A stretch of 64,000 nt of DNA from Planctomycetota bacterium. GTDB taxonomy: Bacteria > Planctomycetota > PLA2 > JAEUHO01. Below the pieces are notes generated by a model. The model did not search any database. It had not been told where the DNA came from and saw only the letters and a list, made by a program, of their open reading frames with translations. Where the stretch lies: the NCBI GenBank assembly GCA_965223505.1, contig CBDCWP010000010.1, positions 166,299-230,298 on the forward strand. Reading direction: 5' to 3'. The first letter of the stretch is position 1. Every line of letters begins with the position of its first letter. Positions 57,832 to 64,000 of this stretch are shown piece by piece. The position numbers were made by a program, and so were the translations under genes.

Positions 57832-59001
57832 ATGCGCACATTCAACCGTTGGTTCCTCACCGTGTCGTTCCTGTTCGTCGCGGCCGGCATGCCCGTGTAC
57901 GCCGGCGACGAAGAGACCGCGCCGCCGAAGGACGCGCAGCTGACCGAGAGCGCGCCCGAACCGGCGAGCCACGCCGTCGCGACGGTTCGCGGGAGACGTG
58001 TCAACGTGCGGGTCGGTCCGCGGATCGACAACGCCCCCGTCATGCAGCTCGACAGCGGGGCGACGCTCGTCGTCGTCGAGCGCGTTCCCGAGTGGGTCGG
58101 CGTCAGGATTCCGAGCGGGTTTCCCGCGGTGATCTCGGCGAAGTACGTCGAAGACGTCGATGCGGCGTCGGTGCGTGTCACGGGCTCCCGCGTGAACCTC
58201 CGCGTCTACCCGCCTCAGGTCGGCAAGCCCGAACCGGGGGTGTTCCGCGACCGTGTCGTCGGCGGTGACGTCCTTCCGGTATTGCGCAAGGAGGGGGCGT
58301 GGGTCTGGATCCTCGCGCCGGAGCACGTCCGCGCGTACATCCACGCGGACTACGTCGAGGAGCTCGGCTCCATCGAAGAGCACGACGCGTTGCTTGCCAA
58401 GGCGCGTGAAGGCCGCGCGCGGCAGCTCGAGCTCATGGCCAAGGCGCGCACGAAGGAAGTGGAAGCGGTCGACAGCGCTGCGCTTGCGAACGTGATGGGC
58501 GCGGTGCAGGACAAGCTCTATCGTCTGCGCCTCAAGGGCGGCTGGGATCGCGCGCCCATCGTGCGCCTCGCCGACACGCTCGACGAAGCCGTGCGGGATG
58601 CGCGCAAGGCGAACGCGCGTGTTCTGCGCCTGGCCGGCGCGCTGCGCGACGACCTGGAGGCGGAGATCGAGGTGCGCGTCGCGCGTAAGGACGCCGAGGT
58701 CGCGCGATTGCGCGGCCTGATGACCGACCCGGAGGAACCGCTCGAGAAGAAGGTCGCGGCCGTGACCTGCAAGGGCGTCGTTCGCTGGGAGTCCGCGCCC
58801 AAGTGGAAGGGGGGCGGCTTCTACGTGCTCTGGGTGGGCAACCAGCCCAAGTACGTACTGCGGCTCACGACCGGGGGCCCGCTGCCCTACCCGGATCTCA
58901 AGGGCAACGCGGTCGAAGAGGTCCGCACCATCGAAGGCAAGATGCCGGGCGAACGCACGTTCGGGTTGCCGGTGGTCGAGGTGTTGAAGATCAAGCGGTG
59001 A
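57832..59001 (+). CDS. Secreted tandem SH3b-domain protein
   Basis: Signal peptide; VNVRVGP and VNLRVYP SH3b repeats; helical and OB-like C-terminal regions. Confidence 0.8.
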   Translation: MRTFNRWFLTVSFLFVAAGMPVYAGDEETAPPKDAQLTESAPEPASHAVATVRGRRVNVRVGPRIDNAPVMQLDSGATLVVVERVPEWVGVRIPSGFPAVISAKYVEDVDAASVRVTGSRVNLRVYPPQVGKPEPGVFRDRVVGGDVLPVLRKEGAWVWILAPEHVRAYIHADYVEELGSIEEHDALLAKAREGRARQLELMAKARTKEVEAVDSAALANVMGAVQDKLYRLRLKGGWDRAPIVRLADTLDEAVRDARKANARVLRLAGALRDDLEAEIEVRVARKDAEVARLRGLMTDPEEPLEKKVAAVTCKGVVRWESAPKWKGGGFYVLWVGNQPKYVLRLTTGGPLPYPDLKGNAVEEVRTIEGKMPGERTFGLPVVEVLKIKR

Positions 59002-59048
59002 GCGCGTCCCGAACGGGACCTCGCGCTGCGCTCACCTACAATGGGGGC

Positions 59049-59519
59049 ATGCGCGTACTCGTCCTCGTCTGCTGCCTGTGCCTCGTCTGCGCGTGCGGCG
59101 AGCGCAAGGCGATCGACGACGTCCTGCCCGCCGTAGGCGCGGACGAGGTCACCGAGGAGTCCATCGACTGGATGGACGGCGACGAGGACGAGGCCTGGCG
59201 CGACGACGGGGCGGCGCACGCGGCCGGTCTCGACGGCAGTGTTGCGCGCGGCCGCATGAACGAGATCGTCGAACAGATCGCGGCGTTTCACGCGGCGCAT
59301 GGCCGGTTGCCCGTGACGCTGGGCGAGATCGCGGAGCCGCGCGACCCGGACGATCCGCGCATCGTTCCGGACGAGGTCGATCGAACGCCGGTCGACCCGT
59401 GGGGGCAGGTGTATCGGTACGAGCGCCACGACGACGCGAGCTACACCTTGCGCTGCGACGGCCCGGATGCCGAGTCCGGAACGGCGGACGACATCGTCCG
59501 GTCGGAGTCGGTCGAGTAG
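59049..59519 (+). CDS. Lipoprotein with GspG/pseudopilin-like C-terminal domain
   Basis: Lipobox VCAC; FHAAHGRLPVTL...VDPWGQVYRY...DGPDAESGTADDI. Confidence 0.7.
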   Translation: MRVLVLVCCLCLVCACGERKAIDDVLPAVGADEVTEESIDWMDGDEDEAWRDDGAAHAAGLDGSVARGRMNEIVEQIAAFHAAHGRLPVTLGEIAEPRDPDDPRIVPDEVDRTPVDPWGQVYRYERHDDASYTLRCDGPDAESGTADDIVRSESVE

Positions 59520-59526
59520 CCGGACG

Positions 59527-60738
59527 TCAATCCGGCCTGCGCGCATCTTGCGCGGCGCGCGCCGCCTTGCTGCGGGCGGCGCCGTGCGGATCCGCGGCGT
59601 GCGTGCGCGCCCAGCGTTCCTCCCCGAGGCGATAGCGCTCCGTGAAGGCCGCTCGCCACGCGTCGAACGTCCCTTCCACGATGCGCGCACGCGCCTCGCG
59701 CACGAGCGCGACGAGGAAGGTCGTGTTGTGCAGCGACCCCAAGGTGACCGCGCTGTGTTCCTTGACCTGGAACAGGTGGCGCAGGTACGCGCGGGAGTGC
59801 GTGCGACAGACTTCGCACGCGCACTCTGGATCCAGGGGCGACGCGTCGCGCTCGTAGGCGCGGGACGCGATGCGGATCGGGCCGTCGCGCGTGAACAGGT
59901 GACCGCGCCGCCCGTTGCGGGTCGGCAGCACGCAATCGAACAGATCGAGGCCGGCGTGAATCGCGTCCAGTAGGTCGATGGGCTCGCCCACGCCCATCAG
60001 GTACCGGGGTCGGTCCGCGGGCAGCAGCGGCGTCGTGAACGCCCAAGTGGCGCGCATCTGCGCCCCGCCTTCGCCGACGGCCAAGCCGCCGATCGCGTAG
60101 CCGGGAAGGTCGAGCTCGACGAGGTCGCGCGCGGATCGTTCCCGCAACGCCTCGTCGGTGCCCCCCTGCACGATGCCGAACAGCGCCTGATCGTCGCGCG
60201 TGCGCACCTCCGCGCACCGTCGGGTCCACCGCGTCGTACGCTCGACGGCGTCCTCGAGCGCGTCTCGACCGGCGGGTAGCGCCAGGCAGTGATCGAACGC
60301 CATGACGATGTCGGCGCCCAGCGCTTCCTGGATGCGCATGACCTCCACCGGTCCGAGCTCGATGGGCGCGCCGTCGAGATGACTGCGAACGCGGACCCCG
60401 TGGTCGCTCACCGTCGAGCGCTTGGACAGGGAGAACACCTGATAGCCGCCCGAGTCCGTGAGCAGCGGGCGGTCCCAGCCGGCGAACGCGTGCAGGCCGC
60501 CCATGTCGCGAATCACGCTCTCTCCCGGCCGAAGATGCAGGTGATACGTGTTCGCGAGGACGACCTCTGGGTCGATCGTCTCGATCTGGGCGTTCGTCAG
60601 GCCCTTGAGCGACGCGCGCGTGCCGACCGGCATGAAGGCAGGCGTTTGCACCGTCCCGTGGGGCGTGTCGAAGGAGGCTGCGCGGGCTCGGCCCACGCGC
60701 GCCTGTTCGCGCCAATTCAGGTCTGGATGCCGGGGCAT
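59527..60738 (-). CDS. tgt: tRNA-guanine transglycosylase
   Basis: TPAFMPVGT, NTYHL, TDSGGYQVFS, GIVQGG, YLMGVG, DCVLPTR, CACEVC zinc site. Confidence 0.97.
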   Translation of the reverse strand: MPRHPDLNWREQARVGRARAASFDTPHGTVQTPAFMPVGTRASLKGLTNAQIETIDPEVVLANTYHLHLRPGESVIRDMGGLHAFAGWDRPLLTDSGGYQVFSLSKRSTVSDHGVRVRSHLDGAPIELGPVEVMRIQEALGADIVMAFDHCLALPAGRDALEDAVERTTRWTRRCAEVRTRDDQALFGIVQGGTDEALRERSARDLVELDLPGYAIGGLAVGEGGAQMRATWAFTTPLLPADRPRYLMGVGEPIDLLDAIHAGLDLFDCVLPTRNGRRGHLFTRDGPIRIASRAYERDASPLDPECACEVCRTHSRAYLRHLFQVKEHSAVTLGSLHNTTFLVALVREARARIVEGTFDAWRAAFTERYRLGEERWARTHAADPHGAARSKAARAAQDARRPD

Positions 60739-60769
60739 CCCCGGATGATGGCGGCGGGAACCGCCGCCG

Positions 60770-61099
60770 TCACGCTTCGCAAGGAGAGCGATTCAGCAGA
60801 TCCTGGAGGTGATGGGTCAGTTCGCCGGGGGCGAACGGCTTCGGCAGGAAGGCGACCTCGCCCTGGTCGACGCCATAGCGCTGCAGGGCGTCGCTCGTGT
60901 ATCCCGACACGAAGAGGACCTTGACCTCCGGGCGCAGGCTCTGCACGCGCTCGGCGAGCTCGCGTCCGCTCATGTGCGGCATCACGACGTCGGTGACGAG
61001 CGCGTCAATGGGCGCTTGACGCTCGTCGCAGGCGTGCAGCGCCTGCTCGCCGGTGGCCGCTTCGATGACGAGTGCGGGTGTGGGCGGGAGCGTGAACAT
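60770..61099 (-). pseudogene. N-terminally truncated response-regulator receiver domain
   Basis: LVTDVVMPHMSG, VLFVSGY, FLPKPF present; the first beta strand with its acidic pair is missing. Confidence 0.55.
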
Positions 61100-61187
61100 T
61101 CGGGTTACAACGCGCGACGGTTGCCGCGAAACAGGACACCACGGCGGCATCGCGCCGACTCGGCGTCGCATCCTGCGACCTGTGGGG

Positions 61188-62369
61188 TTAGTAGACCTTC
61201 GTGAAGGACACGCCCGGGTAGTAGTAGCGCAGGATCTCGGTCTCGCTGGCGCCTGCGCGGCCCATCTCGATGGCGCCCCATTGGCACATGCCGACCCCGT
61301 GGCCCCACCCGCGACCCGCGATCCGCCAACCGCCGCCGGCGCGGTCGATGGAGCGGATGTTGTGGCTGCGCGTACCGGCCGCTCGCCGGAACTCGGGTCC
61401 GGTGATGTCGAGGGGCGTTCGCGACGCGCCGTGCACGATGCGCACCTTGGCCGCCCAGCCGCCGCGGCCGCGCTCGATCACGCGAATGTCGTGAATCGGT
61501 TTCGAGACCTTGCGCTTGATGCGCCGAAGCGACGCGATGAGCTGGTCCTCGCCGATGACCTTCGGGGGCCACTCGAAGTACTTGCTGGTCTTGCACCACC
61601 GGCACGGCACGCCGCGCAGCAGCTCGTCCGCGTGGCCCGGGTCGAGCTGCGACGTGCGGGCGTCCGTCGTGTGGCCGCCGCACGTCGAGGCGTAGTACGC
61701 GGGGAACGGACGGCTCTTCCACGTGAGGATGACGCCGCGCGTCGCGCGCGTCGCGCGCACCATGTCGCGATAGGGAACGCCGTACCGCGGGGAACGTCCC
61801 CGGTAGACCTGGCTGCGCGCGTCGTCGAACAGGTGATAGGGCTTGCGCCGCGCGCCGGAGCGCGTGATGCGAATGTAGGCGTACGTGCGGGCCGTCACGG
61901 CCTGGGCGCGATACGTCGAGGCCTTCGCGTCGGGTCCGACCTCGTTCCCGACGACGCCCGCCACGTACGTCTCCATGTCGAGCTCGTTGATGAACTCGAG
62001 CTTCGCGCCGCGGCGGTGGACGATGAGCTCGCCTTCGTACATCGCGCCGTCGAGATCGAACGCCTCGCCGCAACGGATGCGCAGCGAGGTCGCGCCGGTG
62101 TCGACGCCGCGAAAGACGATTCCCGCTCCGCCCACCTGAATGACCGTGCTGAGATCGCCGTGCCCTTTCCGCGCGTACGCCCGGCCGCCCGTCGAGCGCA
62201 CGTCCCAGCTCTGACTCTTCACGCGGAGGTTGCCCTGCGTACGCGCTCTGCCGAGCAACACGCGAATGATGGGGGACTCCGTCCCCGCGAGCAGCGGAAC
62301 GTCGTACGGGTCACCGCATCCGCCCAAGGCGAACAGCAGGAGCGCGACTCCGGTGATCCGGCGACTCAA
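61188..62369 (-). CDS. SpoIID/LytB-domain lipoprotein
   Basis: INELDMETYVAGVV, AQAVTARTYA, SQVYRG, YASTCGG, GWGHGVGMCQWGA. Confidence 0.92.
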   Translation of the reverse strand: MSRRITGVALLLFALGGCGDPYDVPLLAGTESPIIRVLLGRARTQGNLRVKSQSWDVRSTGGRAYARKGHGDLSTVIQVGGAGIVFRGVDTGATSLRIRCGEAFDLDGAMYEGELIVHRRGAKLEFINELDMETYVAGVVGNEVGPDAKASTYRAQAVTARTYAYIRITRSGARRKPYHLFDDARSQVYRGRSPRYGVPYRDMVRATRATRGVILTWKSRPFPAYYASTCGGHTTDARTSQLDPGHADELLRGVPCRWCKTSKYFEWPPKVIGEDQLIASLRRIKRKVSKPIHDIRVIERGRGGWAAKVRIVHGASRTPLDITGPEFRRAAGTRSHNIRSIDRAGGGWRIAGRGWGHGVGMCQWGAIEMGRAGASETEILRYYYPGVSFTKVY

Positions 62370-63460
62370 AGCGGAAGCATCCCGGTTTCGTCGCTCGGAT
62401 GGTCAGGTCCGCCGAAGAGTCGCACGCTTCGCGGCGTGAGCCGGCGTCCTTGGGGCGTCTTGACGACGAGGTGCTCGCGCAACAGATGCGGCTCGTACAC
62501 GTCCTCGAGCGTGCGCTCGTCCTCGCCGACGGCCCCGGCGATCGTCTTGAGCCCCAGCGCCCGTCCCCCGGCGCGGGCGATGGTCTTCAGGATCAATCGG
62601 TCCACGCGGGTCAACCCATGTGCGTCCACGCCGATGCGACGCAGTCCCTCGGCGGCGACCTCCTCCGTGATGTGATTGGCGGCCTCGAGCTGCGCGAGAT
62701 CGCGCACGCGGCGCAGGAACCGGTTGGCGACGCGCGGGGTTCCGCGACTGCGCTCGGCCAGGTACGCCGCAGCGTCGGGATCGATCCCGACGCCGAGTAT
62801 GCCGGCGGAGCGGATGACGATCTCACCGAGGACGTCGCTCTCGTACGGCTCGAGGCGTTCGTGAATGCCGAAGCGACTGCGCAACGGCGCCGAGAGCAGA
62901 CCTTCGCGCGTGGTCGCGCCGACCAGCGTGAAGCGCGGGAGGTCGATGCGTACGCTGCGCGCCCCCGGCCCCTGGTCGATGAGGATGTCGATGACGAAGT
63001 CCTCCATCGCCGCGTAGAGGTACTCCTCGACCGCAGGGGGTAGGCGGTGGATCTCGTCGATGAAGAGCACGTCGCCACGCTCGAGCCGGGTGAGCAACCC
63101 CGCGAGGTCGGCGGCGCGCTGCAGCGTCGGCGCGGCGGCCTCGTGCAAGGTGGCGCCCGACTCGTTCGAGATCAGGTGCGCGAGCGTCGTCTTGCCGAGT
63201 CCGGGAAGCCCAGAGAGCAGGAGGTGATCGAGCGGCTCGTCGCGTCCGCGCGCGGCGCGGATGGCGAGCGACAGGTTCTCGACGACCGACGGCTGCCCGA
63301 GGAACTCGTCCATGCGCTGCGGTCGAAGCAGCGTCTCCAGCCCGGTTCGGCGCTCGCTCGCCATCTCGGCGAAGCCACCGGCCTCCAGCGAGGGGTCGAG
63401 CGCGTCCGACGACGGGTCGGCTTCCGGCGGAACAGCGGCACGTTCGGGCGACTCGGACAT
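62366..63460 (-). CDS. ruvB: Holliday junction branch migration ATPase
   Basis: LRPQRMDEFLGQ, GLPGLGKTT, FIDEIHRL, FTLVGATTR, SRGTPRVANR, EDVYEP. Confidence 0.97.
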   Translation of the reverse strand: MSESPERAAVPPEADPSSDALDPSLEAGGFAEMASERRTGLETLLRPQRMDEFLGQPSVVENLSLAIRAARGRDEPLDHLLLSGLPGLGKTTLAHLISNESGATLHEAAAPTLQRAADLAGLLTRLERGDVLFIDEIHRLPPAVEEYLYAAMEDFVIDILIDQGPGARSVRIDLPRFTLVGATTREGLLSAPLRSRFGIHERLEPYESDVLGEIVIRSAGILGVGIDPDAAAYLAERSRGTPRVANRFLRRVRDLAQLEAANHITEEVAAEGLRRIGVDAHGLTRVDRLILKTIARAGGRALGLKTIAGAVGEDERTLEDVYEPHLLREHLVVKTPQGRRLTPRSVRLFGGPDHPSDETGMLPL

Positions 63461-63627
63461 GGCGGGCGGGGCACTCGTGGAAGAGGAGGGACCCGCAAGG
63501 TAGCCCGACCCGCCCCCAGGCGCAACCGGTGGAGGATTTTGGCTGCAATGCCCCCAAGATACGGGGGTGGGTTCCGTCCAGACCCGGAAGGGTCGTCGAA
63601 GGCGCGCTCCCTTAGACTCCGCACATC

Positions 63628-64000
63628 GTGACGGTGATCACCGACAACACCCGGCTGCGGTTCGACGACGAGGAGACGCGCAAGCGTGGCCGGCGCGTGT
63701 CGCAGATGTTCGACCGCATCGCGCCCACCTACGACCTGCTCAATCACGTCCTGAGCGCGAACATCGACACGCAGTGGCGCAAGACGGCGGTCGAGATGCT
63801 CGATCTGCAGGGCACCGAGGAGGTGTTGGATGCGTGCAGCGGAACGGGCGACCTGGCGCTGGCGATCGCGGACGGCGGGGCGCGCCGCGTCGTGGGCACG
63901 GACTTCGCCCCGGAGATGTTGCGCGTCGCGGATGAGAAGGCGAACGGCCGCGCGACGTTCCAGGTGGCCGACACCACGGCATTGCCGTTCGAGGACGAGA
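63628..64000 (+). CDS. ubiE: UbiE/MenG quinone methyltransferase, truncated by the window end
   Basis: Manual translation: VSQMFDRIAPTYDLLNHVLSANIDTQWRK...VLDACSGTGDLA...GTDFAPEML. Confidence 0.9.
   Translation, partial: MTVITDNTRLRFDDEETRKRGRRVSQMFDRIAPTYDLLNHVLSANIDTQWRKTAVEMLDLQGTEEVLDACSGTGDLALAIADGGARRVVGTDFAPEMLRVADEKANGRATFQVADTTALPFEDE

Overview
GC-rich (roughly 70% by eye), gene-dense bacterial window. Gene content suggests Planctomycetota, but this is an inference. Housekeeping genes include htpG, a stand-alone rplC, lolC/E-lolD, nfeD-floA, ltaE, lipA, larC, tgt, spoIID, ruvB, a partial ubiE/menG and tRNA-Ala(GGC). Main points of interest: (1) two hidden selenoprotein candidates that the ORF track breaks at an in-frame TGA, each followed by a SECIS-like hairpin: a secreted TlpA-type redoxin with a U-G-P-C active site (18867-19850) and a small membrane protein (16287-16646); (2) a 10-gene type II FAS/PKS-like operon (19904-27906) with two KS plus Cys-less KS pairs, two FabZ-like dehydratases, KR, an ER-like SDR, AcpS and an unusual 190-aa ACP carrying a C-terminal CxxC...CxxC module, bracketed by two paralogous GSDH-diheme cytochrome c genes; (3) a cobalamin riboswitch 35 nt behind tRNA-Ala, in front of an uncharacterised lipoprotein; (4) rplC outside the S10 operon. 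Seven single-base insertions break four otherwise intact genes and look like sequencing or assembly errors. No CRISPR array, integrase or transposase was seen.
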